DNA of 63,752 nucleotides from Planctomycetota bacterium (GCA_023261505.1 JAHFOV010000004.1:1-63752), one strand, 5' to 3'. Shown: positions 29,669 to 38,232, numbered from the stretch's first letter. Program-made: numbers and translations. The notes: generated by a model from the sequence alone, not told the origin.

Positions 29669-29699
29669 AGCACGTGCGGTGCGTCAATACGCACCCTAC
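29669..29699. repeat. GTAG-family REP-like palindrome
   Basis: GTGCGGTGCGTCAATACGCACCCTAC. Confidence 0.55.
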
Positions 29700-29718
29700 A
29701 CTTCTTAAATCACCACTT

Positions 29719-29793
29719 TTAAGGTTTCACCACAAGGCTTACCTCCTGCCCCTCCGTAACTTCTCCTACAATAGAGGCCTCTTGGACGTCCCT
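29719..29793 (-). pseudogene. Relic duplicate of the selD 3' end (last 24 codons plus stop)
   Basis: Translates as RDVQEASIVGEVTEGQEVSLVVKP* versus selD RGVKEATIIGEVTEKQDVCLVVKP*; 17/24 identical. Confidence 0.85.
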
Positions 29794-29816
29794 CGGCCAT
29801 AAAGGTTTCTTAGCAG

Positions 29817-29905
29817 GTAGGGTGCATCTTGGCGCACCCCACAATTCTGCATTTTCTGTAGCGTGCGACCTCGTGTCGCACGTGCGAGGCAAGCTCGCAC
29901 GCTAC
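29817..29905. repeat. Two adjacent GTAG-family REP-like palindromes
   Basis: GTAGGGTGCATCTTGGCGCACCCCA and GTAGCGTGCGACC...GCTCGCACGCTAC. Confidence 0.7.
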
Positions 29906-29926
29906 ATGCTTTACGAGCTTTTATAT

Positions 29927-29965
29927 TTAATAAACTTCCTCATGCGTCCCAATCTCTATTAGAAA
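29927..29965 (-). pseudogene. C-terminal fragment of a YafQ/RelE-like toxin
   Basis: FLIEIGTHEEVY*, resembling the conserved ..DIGTHDEVY* end of this toxin family. Confidence 0.55.
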
Positions 29966-30112
29966 GTCCCTGCTGTCAGGTAACTCTTCCCGCAGTGCAG
30001 ACTGCTCACCACTGGGATATTTTCTATCACCAGCAGATACTTGCCTTTGCCATAGGTTCTGGCCACTCGGCGGATACGCACACCCTTTTTTACCGCAAAT
30101 GTCGCACCTCAT
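29959..30112 (-). pseudogene. YgiT-type zinc-finger (MqsA N-terminal-like) pseudogene, frameshifted and truncated
   Basis: MRCDICGK, then after an A6 run GVRIRRVARTYGKGKYLLVIENIPVVSSLHCGKSYLTAGTF*. Confidence 0.7.
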
Positions 30113-30194
30113 CTGACTTCTCCAATCTTTACAGAGCATTACACTTGTCCAAAATAATCTTAGCAAAGACCTCCAATGCCATAATATCCCTTGA

Positions 30195-30248
30195 GTAGCC
30201 GCAGGCTTTAGCCTGCGTATAATAACGCAACCTAAAGGTTGCGGCTAC
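30195..30248. repeat. GTAG-family REP-like palindrome
   Basis: GTAGCCGCAGGCTTTAGCCTGCG...CGCAACCTAAAGGTTGCGGCTAC. Confidence 0.75.
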
Positions 30249-30363
30249 ACAAACAAACCAGAGTTGGAGGTAGACTAAACTCGGTTAGGATAACGCCAAA
30301 ATCCTTGTTCTAATACCTTACTTTGGAACGGAAAAGGGGCATGGCTAGATTATCTTGGACACC

Positions 30364-30390
30364 GGTATTGCTCCATAGAAGTGTTCTCAT
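30364..30390 (-). pseudogene. N-terminal stub of a YafQ/RelE-like toxin
   Basis: TAATG overlap with the antitoxin stop; MRTLLWSNT, then similarity is lost. Confidence 0.45.
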
Positions 30391-30599
30391 TAGGAAAGCT
30401 CACGCATAAGATCATCTACTGTTCCTTTCCTAACCTCGCCCTTTGTATATTCCTCCTTTGCCTCCTTAATGCTCTGGGCAAGTCTGTCCCTTCGTTCCTC
30501 TAGTAACCGCTTTTTAACTATCTCAATAAGTGACTCTCTTTGTTCTTCAGGCAAAGATTCAACAAGTTCAATGACCTTATCAAAAGTAATATCCTTCAT
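30390..30599 (-). CDS. Small type II antitoxin-like protein
   Basis: F..VIELVESLPEEQRESLIEIVKKRL.E.RR..LA..IKEAKEEY..G....GTV.DLM.EL pattern; SD GGAGG. Confidence 0.65.
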   Translation of the reverse strand: MKDITFDKVIELVESLPEEQRESLIEIVKKRLLEERRDRLAQSIKEAKEEYTKGEVRKGTVDDLMRELS

Positions 30600-30637
30600 C
30601 CTTTTAGCCTCCTGACATTATGTTGGAAAATGAGAGA

Positions 30638-30724
30638 TTATGCCACCAGATGCTTGCCTTTTCCATATATTCGGGCAACTCGGCGGATACGGACGCCATT
30701 TTGTCCACAAATGTCACACAACAT
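30638..30724 (-). pseudogene. Second, truncated YgiT-type zinc-finger fragment
   Basis: MLCDICGQNGVRIRRVARIYGKGKHLVA*, paralogous to 29959-30112. Confidence 0.65.
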
Positions 30725-30733
30725 AAGTTAAAA

Positions 30734-31384
30734 TTATACTCCCCTAACTACCACTCTGTCACCACGCATTAATTCCCATTGGCGCTGGTATTCCATGATT
30801 CGTGCGACCTCGCTTACGAATTCTTCATCGTAGCCGTGGCGTTCAAGCAGATAAAAGCCTAGCTCCATGCCACTGCTTATGCCGCCTGCGGTGATTAGCC
30901 GGCCTGTGTCCACCACGCGCGCACGGCTAATTTCGACCTTTGGGGCGTAGTCCTTTAGCCGGTTGAGGGGGGTCATTGCTTCGCTAGGATCCGCCTCTTT
31001 TCGGGACGTCGCCGCCAGTCCATCGAGGAGCCCCATAACCCCATACACCCATGACCCTGTGCAGACTGAACATAGCAACGTCGTCACGGGTAGTTCAAGC
31101 ACAAACTGGCGTAAGCGCTGATTGCGTATCTCTGTACGTGTACCGATGCCACCAGGTATAATAAAGGCGGTTACGTTAGGATGATGGTCAAGGGCATAGC
31201 GTGGCGTCACCATCATGTTACCAGTCGCCACTACCGGCGTTCCCGAATCTCCTATAAGAAAGACATCTATCTCAGGGTCTAGACGTCTCGCCACAGACAT
31301 CACCCCAAAAGGCGCCGCCCAGTCCACTACTTCGGCCCCGTTAAAAATATATATCCCAATACGAGGCTTGATTTTACCATTCAT
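30734..31384 (-). CDS. DJ-1/PfpI family protein
   Basis: YIFNGAEVVDWAAP, IIPGGIG, nucleophile SVCTG and ITAGGISSG. Confidence 0.9.
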   Translation of the reverse strand: MNGKIKPRIGIYIFNGAEVVDWAAPFGVMSVARRLDPEIDVFLIGDSGTPVVATGNMMVTPRYALDHHPNVTAFIIPGGIGTRTEIRNQRLRQFVLELPVTTLLCSVCTGSWVYGVMGLLDGLAATSRKEADPSEAMTPLNRLKDYAPKVEISRARVVDTGRLITAGGISSGMELGFYLLERHGYDEEFVSEVARIMEYQRQWELMRGDRVVVRGV

Positions 31385-31511
31385 TTGTCGGCTCCTTTTC
31401 GATAATGAAATAGAGAATATGGACTTCATAAGGGGGTAATACGTGTTAAATACAACCGTTAACTAGAACTCTTTGCTTAAATAAATGTCTCCTATTATCG
31501 GCAAAGAGCGA

Positions 31512-31537
31512 GTAGGGTACGTTTCAACGCACCCTAC
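31512..31537. repeat. GTAG-family REP-like palindrome just downstream of selD
   Basis: GTAGGGTACGTTTCAACGCACCCTAC. Confidence 0.65.
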
Positions 31538-31559
31538 AGTTACGATTTAACATCGTTTT

Positions 31560-32603
31560 TTACGGTTTCACTACCAGACAGACATCCTGTTTTTCAGTAA
31601 CCTCTCCAATTATAGTAGCCTCCTTGACCCCCCTGCTTTGTAGATCTCTTATCAGAGAGTCGGCCTTTTCCCTGGGCAGAGAGATAAGAAGTCCCCCTGA
31701 GGTCTCTGCGCCATAAAAAACATCCAGGAGGTCGTCAGAGATTTTTCCTTCTAATCTTACCTTGGGGGATACGTAACTTTTATTTTGTACCGATGCCGCC
31801 GGCATCAGTCCCGATGAGGCATGGCGCAATGCTCCTGTCATAAGGGGTATCTTTCCGGCCTGAAAGGACAGGGTTGCATTGCTTGCAAGGGCCATCTCCA
31901 TGCTGTGTCCCATGAGGCCGAAGCCTGTGATGTCAGTGCACGCATTAACTCCTGCCTCTTGCATCGCCTCTGAGGCCACTGCATTCAGGGACTTCATGGT
32001 GGTGACCATGGCCTCGACTTCCTCTTCTGAGGCCTCTTCAGCCTTATAGGCAGAGATTATTAGCCCTCCTCCCAGGGGCTTGGTTAGCACCAGCACATCC
32101 CCAGGTTTGGCCCCGGCATTGGTAATTACCTTTTTGGGATTCACTACCCCGGTAACAGAGAGTCCAAACTTTATCTCAGTGTCCTGTAAAGTATGGCCTC
32201 CGACCACTACCGCCCCTGCCTCGTGCACCTTTTCTGCCGATCCCCTAAGGATTTCCGCAATGACGCTTAGCTCCACTTCCCTCATGGGGAAGGCCAGGAT
32301 ATTCATTACAGTTAGAGGCCTTCCCCCCATGGCATAGACATCGCTCATGGAATTAGCGGCGGCTATCTGCCCGTAGTCATAAGGGTCATCTACAATAGGG
32401 GAAAAGAAGTCAAGGGTTTGGACCAGGGCCACTTCAGGGCTAATCTGATAAACCCCTGCATCGGCAAAGGTCTTTGGCCCTACCAGCAGGTTTTTGTCTG
32501 GGAAATCTGGTAAGTCCTTCAGCACCTCCGCCATGCACTCAATGGAGACCTTACCGGCTCAGCCCCCGCACAGGGCATAATCTGTCAGTCGCTTTTTTTG
32601 CAT
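31560..32603 (-). CDS. selD: Selenide, water dikinase, selenocysteine-containing (UGA codon 15)
   Basis: ATG 32603 gives MQKKRLTDYALCGG-U-AGK..., TGA at 32559-32561 in frame with the ORF-track protein; DAGVY, DFFSPIVDDP, SDVYAMGG, GGHT and TDITGFGL. Confidence 0.93.
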
Positions 32604-32611
32604 AGTTTCTC

Positions 32612-33082
32612 CTACAGGTGTCCAGCGAATTCTGCTATCTTTGGTTTTGCCAGTTTCTCCCAGTCCGAGTACTTCATCCTTATAGTCTCTACATGACTAC
32701 CTGCCTGGAAGATTATTTCCGGGTCCTGTGTTAATGCCTTATCTGCATAGAGTTCCAGGCCATAAAGGTGGACGATTGGAGGCATAGCTCCTACATCGCA
32801 GTCTGGAAAGGCGGTTTTAAACTCCGCTTCAGTGGCCAGCCTGGTCTCTGGGTCATTTAAGAGGGTTTTAATCTTCTCAATGTTGACCTTATGGCTAGCA
32901 GGCAATACAGTCATTACAAGTTTGTCCTTGCTCTTAATCATTACCACTTTTGCCAGATATTGACCTTTTACATGGAGGCTGTGTGCTACTTCTTGCGCGG
33001 TGTATACCTCCTGATGGGTAGAAAGCTTGTAAGGTACCTTACTTTTATCCAGGAACTCTTTTAAGTTCCGTGCCACAGTCAT
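32612..33082 (-). CDS. YbaK/EbsC family aminoacyl-tRNA deacylase
   Basis: H..VYTAQEVA, LAKVV, LATEAEF...F.DC.VGAMPP and AGSH. Confidence 0.9.
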   Translation of the reverse strand: MTVARNLKEFLDKSKVPYKLSTHQEVYTAQEVAHSLHVKGQYLAKVVMIKSKDKLVMTVLPASHKVNIEKIKTLLNDPETRLATEAEFKTAFPDCDVGAMPPIVHLYGLELYADKALTQDPEIIFQAGSHVETIRMKYSDWEKLAKPKIAEFAGHL

Positions 33083-33097
33083 AGTTAACCTCCTTAT

Positions 33098-34825
33098 TTA
33101 TGATTCGACTCCGATGTCTTCAATCTCCAACTCTATTGCCTCATCCTTCCATTTACTAAGCTTTGGCCTAAAAGCGGCTGAAAGGGTTCTAACCTTTTCT
33201 ATTTTTGACAGCAATGTGCCCATACCAAAACCTATGGCCCTAAAGGAGACCTTCCCCTGTCTCAGGAAGAGGCTCAAGTGCTGTCCAGAGCTACCCAATC
33301 TAATAGGCTCTCCTGCCACACTTAGTTCTTCTGCAGTAAAAAGAGGTTCTGGGTTTCCCTCTCCGTGGGGGCAGAGGTGGCCAAATTCCTTTATAAGAGG
33401 AACCGATATTTTGCCAAAAGAAAGTTCCCCATCCGTAATGAGAGTTGGCTTCAAGTATTCCCTTTTCAGGATAGTTGAAGCCGAACGATTTATTTGATCC
33501 CTGAAGCCTTCTATCTCCTCCCGCTTGATTCTAAACCCGGCTGCCAATGCGTGACCTCCGAACTTGAGAAGGCGTCCCTTTGAGGCCTCCAGTGCCTCCA
33601 CCAGATTAAAGTTCGGGATGGAACGCCCGGAGCCATAACCCACTTCCCCTCGCAGTGCTATTATTATCGTTGGTCTATGGTATTCCTCCATCAGTCTTGA
33701 GGCCACAATTCCTATTACCCCGGGGTGCCAACCCTCCCCCGCCAGGACTAAAATCCCCGCACTATCCAGATTCACCTCTTTTTCTATCATTTCCCTTGCT
33801 GACTGCAAAATCTGGGCTTGAATATTCTGTCTTCTCCTGTTTTTTTCCTCGAGTTGGGAGGCTATTTCGGCGGCTCGCTGAGGGCATTGAGTGACAAGAA
33901 GTTCCACGCTTAGCCGTGCATCTTCCAGGCGTCCAGCCGCATTTAGTCTGGGGCCAAGGCGAAACTCCACGTGATTTGAACTGATGGAGAGGCCTTCTAA
34001 GTCTGTCTTTTCAAGGAGTGCCTTTATCCCTGGATGTGTGGACTGCCTGAGTGCAGTTAGGCCGTAGCTGGCAAGGATGCGGTTCTCTCCCACAAGGGGA
34101 ACGGAGTCAGCAATAGTGCCTAGAGCGGCCAGGCCCATGGCGTTCAAAAGAAACTCTTTATACTGCGTAGATACCCTCTTCTTTCCTCCTGCGACCATTC
34201 CTAGGGCCCAGGCCAGCTTAAAAGCTACACCCACGCCAGATAAATCCTTAAAACACGCCTGAGGCGGGCCAGGGAGTTTGGGATTTATGACGGCGTAAGC
34301 CCTGGGTAAGTCTTTAGAGGGTTGATGGTGATCAGTGATAATAAGGTCAAGGCCATTCTTCTTTGCCTCGTCAGCCTCAAGGATAGAGTTAATACCACAA
34401 TCTACGGTCACCAATACCCTTGTGCCCTTCTCTGCCAGGCCTCTTATGGCCTGGATATTGAGCCCGTAGCCTTCCTGAATCCTTTCGGGGATGTAATAGT
34501 GGACATCGGCTCCCAATAGACTGAGGCACTGGAAGAGCAGGGCTGTACCAGTTACACCGTCAACGTCGTAGTCCCCATAGATAACTATCTTTTCCTTTTT
34601 ACTTACAGCGCTAGCTATACGAAGGGCAGCCTTTTCCATCTCTGGCATAAGCATAGGGTCGGAGAGTCCAGAGAGCTTAGGCTGTAGAAAGCTGTGGGCT
34701 GAATGTGGGTCAGTAACACCCCTATTTATAAGTAAGTGAGCCAGGATGGGGGAAATTTTGAGGGCGTTGGAAAGGTGGGCTTGTAGCTTTTCATCTGTTG
34801 ATTTGGTTATCCACCTCTTTTCCAT
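33098..34825 (-). CDS. recJ: ssDNA exonuclease RecJ
   Basis: YGDYDVDG, EGYGL, TVDCG, ITDHH, GTIAD, PRLNAAGR, HPGVIGIVAS, GSGRS and GGHALAAG. Confidence 0.97.
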   Translation of the reverse strand: MEKRWITKSTDEKLQAHLSNALKISPILAHLLINRGVTDPHSAHSFLQPKLSGLSDPMLMPEMEKAALRIASAVSKKEKIVIYGDYDVDGVTGTALLFQCLSLLGADVHYYIPERIQEGYGLNIQAIRGLAEKGTRVLVTVDCGINSILEADEAKKNGLDLIITDHHQPSKDLPRAYAVINPKLPGPPQACFKDLSGVGVAFKLAWALGMVAGGKKRVSTQYKEFLLNAMGLAALGTIADSVPLVGENRILASYGLTALRQSTHPGIKALLEKTDLEGLSISSNHVEFRLGPRLNAAGRLEDARLSVELLVTQCPQRAAEIASQLEEKNRRRQNIQAQILQSAREMIEKEVNLDSAGILVLAGEGWHPGVIGIVASRLMEEYHRPTIIIALRGEVGYGSGRSIPNFNLVEALEASKGRLLKFGGHALAAGFRIKREEIEGFRDQINRSASTILKREYLKPTLITDGELSFGKISVPLIKEFGHLCPHGEGNPEPLFTAEELSVAGEPIRLGSSGQHLSLFLRQGKVSFRAIGFGMGTLLSKIEKVRTLSAAFRPKLSKWKDEAIELEIEDIGVES

Positions 34826-34850
34826 CAGCTCGCCTTTTTGAATTTAGAGG

Positions 34851-35531
34851 CTAAGACTTTGAGATTGGGACTAACGTTTTTCTCACAACCTCTAATCCTT
34901 CCAATCCGCCTAAAGCGGATACAATTGGTTTTAAGAGGGTCACAGTGGCCTCTGGTTCTGGATGATATGGGTCAAAAACTATTACAGGGCAATCCGGTCT
35001 TAAGTAAAGTAATTTTTCTCTGGCTGCGTCAATGTCCGCCTTCGTGTGATTCGGGGTCTTATTTATAACAAATAGGTTTATCCTATCCAGTATTTTCCTG
35101 GCTGACGGTTTTAATTCCAAAGTTCCGGGCGTTGCTATCATGAGGGCAAAGTCTACCCTTCTTATGCTAAGGAAGCTGTTTCCCTCTACAATGAGCCTGC
35201 CTCTGCGGGGAAAAAGTTTTAAGGCCTGACGAACGCCAGTTTCAAGGTCTTTGCGTTGGGTCTGCAACCAAACAACCGTTCTGGCGCCAGCCTCAAGGTA
35301 TTTGGCGGTATCCTTCCCTGGCTTGCTGAGGACGAAGGGGTCTGTAGTTATTTTAAAGGAAATGTTTCCTATGGTAGGACAGCCATCACAGTCTATTTCC
35401 TTTGGGCAAGCTCCCATGTGCTGGACTGTAATTTTTAAAGCATTTAAGTTCTTAAGCGTCCTTATTAGGAAAGAGGCCATGGTGGTCTTTCCTGAACCGC
35501 TTGAGGTACTGGTTATTGAGATTACCCTCAC
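34851..35531 (-). CDS. MobB-like P-loop protein
   Basis: SSGSGKTT, CPKEIDCDGC, KPGKDTAKYLEAGA..VVW and IVEGNS; ATG overlaps the nuoF stop. Confidence 0.6.
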   Translation of the reverse strand: MRVISITSTSSGSGKTTMASFLIRTLKNLNALKITVQHMGACPKEIDCDGCPTIGNISFKITTDPFVLSKPGKDTAKYLEAGARTVVWLQTQRKDLETGVRQALKLFPRRGRLIVEGNSFLSIRRVDFALMIATPGTLELKPSARKILDRINLFVINKTPNHTKADIDAAREKLLYLRPDCPVIVFDPYHPEPEATVTLLKPIVSALGGLEGLEVVRKTLVPISKS

Positions 35532-37249
35532 TAGCCTGCCTCTATGCCTTCTTTCACTTTTTCTTTAGATTCAACGGTCTCTGCTTTGGCGGCTTCTGGA
35601 GTGGGCTTCTTCAGAAGGGTCTCGTACTCATGCCTGAAGTATCTAATGGTGGAAAGTACAGGGTTAGGGGCGGTCTGCCCTAGGCCACATAAAGAAGTCT
35701 CCCTTGTGTTCGCGGCTAATTCTAAGAGGAGGTCAAGGTCACTTTCCTTTCCCTCTCCCTGTAAGAACCTGTTCAAAATCTCTAGCATCCTTCTGGTACC
35801 TATACGGCAGGGTACACATTTACCGCAAGATTCATCCTGGACGAAGTTCATGAAATAGCGGGCTATCTCTACCATGGAGGTCTTATCATCTATAACAATG
35901 AGCCCACCTGAGCCCATAATGGCACCCACTTTCTGGAGGGATTCGTAGTCAATTGGAGTGTCAAGATGTTCTTCGGGGACGCAACCACCAGAGGGTCCAC
36001 CTATTTGAGCCGCCTTAAACTTTCTTCCTTTTGCAATTCCACCCCCGATATCAAAGATTATTTCCCTCAGTGTAGTGCCCATGGGCACCTCTACGAGGCC
36101 GGTGTTCCTGACATTCCCAGCTAGGGCAAAGACTTTGGTACCTTTGCTACCCTGAGTTCCGATACTACTGTACCACTTTGCACCCTTCTCAATAATTATG
36201 GGGATATTGGCAAGGGTTTCTACATTGTTTATACAAGTAGGTTTACCCCAGAGTCCAGAGATAGCTGGATAAGGGGGTCTTATTCGGGGCATACCACGTT
36301 TGCCCTCTATAGAGGCGATAAGGGCAGTTTCTTCCCCACAAACAAAGGCCCCTGCTCCTTTCTTTATCTCAAGGTCAAGGTCTAATCCTCTTCCCAGGAT
36401 ATCCTGTCCGAGTAGCCCTAGTTCCCTGGCTTGGTCAATTGCTTTTTGAACATGTTCTACTGCCATAGGGTATTCAGCCCTGACGTAAAAGTAACCCTTC
36501 CTGCAACCCATAGCATAGGCTCCAACTATCATCCCTTCAAGCACTTGGTGGGGGTTACCTTCCAGGACAGACCTATCCATAAAGGCACCGGGGTCTCCCT
36601 CATCTCCATTGCAGATGATATACTTTATATCACCGGTGGCCTTCCTTACGAATTCCCACTTCTTTCCGGTAGGGAAGCCCGCTCCCCCCCTGCCTCGCAG
36701 GCCAGAGTCCGCCACCTCTTTTATCACCTGCTCAGGGCTCATGTTCTCAAACACCTTTTCCAGAGAGGAGTACCCACCAACCGCAATGTAATCATCTATG
36801 CGGGTGGGGTCTACGATACCATTAAACCGGAGAACCAGGCGCAGCTGCTTCTTGTAGAAAGGGACTTCTGCTTGAATATGAACCGGTTTACCAGTTTGAG
36901 GGTCTGGGCAGAGTAAATTTTCAATAACTTTTCCTTTTAACACCGTTTCGTCAATAATCTTGGAGGCATCTTTTTCTCTTACCTTTTGATAGAAAATATT
37001 GCCAGGCCACAGGTTTACCAGAGGACCTCTTTCACAGAAACCCTGGCAACCTGTTTTTTTTAGAGATACCTTACCTTCCAGGCCTTTATCCTTGATAACA
37101 TTACTCAGCGCCTCATAAATAGCGTGTCCTCCAAAGGTATCGCATCCAGTACCCCCACAAACTACCACCGTGGGTCTCCCGTTTTCTTGTTCTTTTTTGA
37201 GTTTCTCCCTTAGAGTTCTGAGGTCTTGTATAGAGTTTAGTCTTCCCAT
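35531..37249 (-). CDS. nuoF: NuoF/HoxF/HydB-like NADH-binding flavoprotein subunit
   Basis: N-terminal thioredoxin-like [2Fe-2S] domain, SGLRGRGGAGFPTG, CNGDEGDPG, GAFVCGEETAL and ESCGKCVPCR..CGLG. Confidence 0.9.
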   Translation of the reverse strand: MGRLNSIQDLRTLREKLKKEQENGRPTVVVCGGTGCDTFGGHAIYEALSNVIKDKGLEGKVSLKKTGCQGFCERGPLVNLWPGNIFYQKVREKDASKIIDETVLKGKVIENLLCPDPQTGKPVHIQAEVPFYKKQLRLVLRFNGIVDPTRIDDYIAVGGYSSLEKVFENMSPEQVIKEVADSGLRGRGGAGFPTGKKWEFVRKATGDIKYIICNGDEGDPGAFMDRSVLEGNPHQVLEGMIVGAYAMGCRKGYFYVRAEYPMAVEHVQKAIDQARELGLLGQDILGRGLDLDLEIKKGAGAFVCGEETALIASIEGKRGMPRIRPPYPAISGLWGKPTCINNVETLANIPIIIEKGAKWYSSIGTQGSKGTKVFALAGNVRNTGLVEVPMGTTLREIIFDIGGGIAKGRKFKAAQIGGPSGGCVPEEHLDTPIDYESLQKVGAIMGSGGLIVIDDKTSMVEIARYFMNFVQDESCGKCVPCRIGTRRMLEILNRFLQGEGKESDLDLLLELAANTRETSLCGLGQTAPNPVLSTIRYFRHEYETLLKKPTPEAAKAETVESKEKVKEGIEAG

Positions 37250-37255
37250 GATGCT

Positions 37256-37813
37256 TTATTCCTTAGCGTAACGTCCCAGGATTTCCTGAACCTTTTCAGG
37301 AGAGACCTGGCCATAGAATTTATCACCGAGTGCCAGAGTCTGTTTCATTGGACCGCCACAACAACTCTCAGCCTTTTTGCTACTCCCAATAACTACAATT
37401 GGCCCCAGGGCACAGGTACCTAAGCAAGCCACTAACTCCAGGGTGAATCTATAATCCGCTGTGGTTTTTCCATCTTTAATGCCTAGGAGTTCACTTATCC
37501 TTGCCTTTACCTTTTCTGATCCCCTGACGTGACACGCAGTTCCGACGCAGACTTTAATAGTGAATTTTCCCTTAGGGACAAAAGAGAACTGGGTGTAGAA
37601 GCTGGCTACACCAAAAACCCTGCTCATAGGGATGCGGGTCTGCTTGGATATGAGCTCCATGGCCTGCCTGGGCAGGTAACCGAAGCTATCTTGTGTGTAC
37701 TGTAATAAGGGTATGAGGTCGGCGGTACTCAAGTGGTGATTCAGGCCTTTTATGTATTTCTCTAAGCTGTTTAATTCAACATTAGGTTCTAGCTTCAGGG
37801 TCTCTTTCTTCAT
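37256..37813 (-). CDS. nuoE: NuoE/HydC-like [2Fe-2S] subunit
   Basis: VASFYTQF, VCVGTACHVRG and ACLGTC. Confidence 0.9.
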   Translation of the reverse strand: MKKETLKLEPNVELNSLEKYIKGLNHHLSTADLIPLLQYTQDSFGYLPRQAMELISKQTRIPMSRVFGVASFYTQFSFVPKGKFTIKVCVGTACHVRGSEKVKARISELLGIKDGKTTADYRFTLELVACLGTCALGPIVVIGSSKKAESCCGGPMKQTLALGDKFYGQVSPEKVQEILGRYAKE

Positions 37814-37911
37814 AAGTTTTTATGCACCTTATAATTGGAGACTCAATTCTACTTTCTTATCAGATTATTAAGAGGAGGTTTGTTTCACATACCTCACGGC
37901 GTTTTCAAGGT

Positions 37912-38232
37912 CTATTTTAATTTGACCAAAATAGTTAAAATGATAGTCACCCACATGGTAAGCATTATTCCAACCGTCCAGCGAAACTGTATATCCATTC
38001 TCCTGTAGACTTCTTGAAATCTCTCATCTGTAGTTCTTTGGTAGGAGTCAAGTCTTCTAGAGACTTCCTGGTGATAAGAATCTAGTCTCCTTGACATCTC
38101 CTGGAATTTCTCCTCTACAGTCCTTTGCAATATCTGCAAAGCAATTTCTACAGAACCCAGCCTTTTATCTAACTGTCCTGTTGTACCCTCAATGTGGGCC
38201 ACCCTTTCTTCTAATCCTGTTGTCTCGGCCAT
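37912..38232 (-). CDS. Coiled-coil protein with a C-terminal TM anchor (DUF1640/CCDC90-like)
   Basis: LEERVAHIEG, internal repeat SRRLDSY x2 and QFRWTVGIMLTMWVTIILTIL. Confidence 0.65.
   Translation of the reverse strand: MAETTGLEERVAHIEGTTGQLDKRLGSVEIALQILQRTVEEKFQEMSRRLDSYHQEVSRRLDSYQRTTDERFQEVYRRMDIQFRWTVGIMLTMWVTIILTILVKLK

Noticed and set aside
29927-30166. ORF-track 79-aa protein, superficially like ribosomal L28 (MRCDICGK)
   Set aside because: It is a chimera of a frameshifted YgiT-type zinc-finger gene and a toxin C-terminal stub. It has no L28 motifs after CxxC.
38030-38110. Internal direct repeat in the coiled-coil ORF as a mobile or contingency repeat
   Set aside because: Two imperfect 11-codon units (SRRLDSY) are typical heptad expansion in DUF1640-like proteins.
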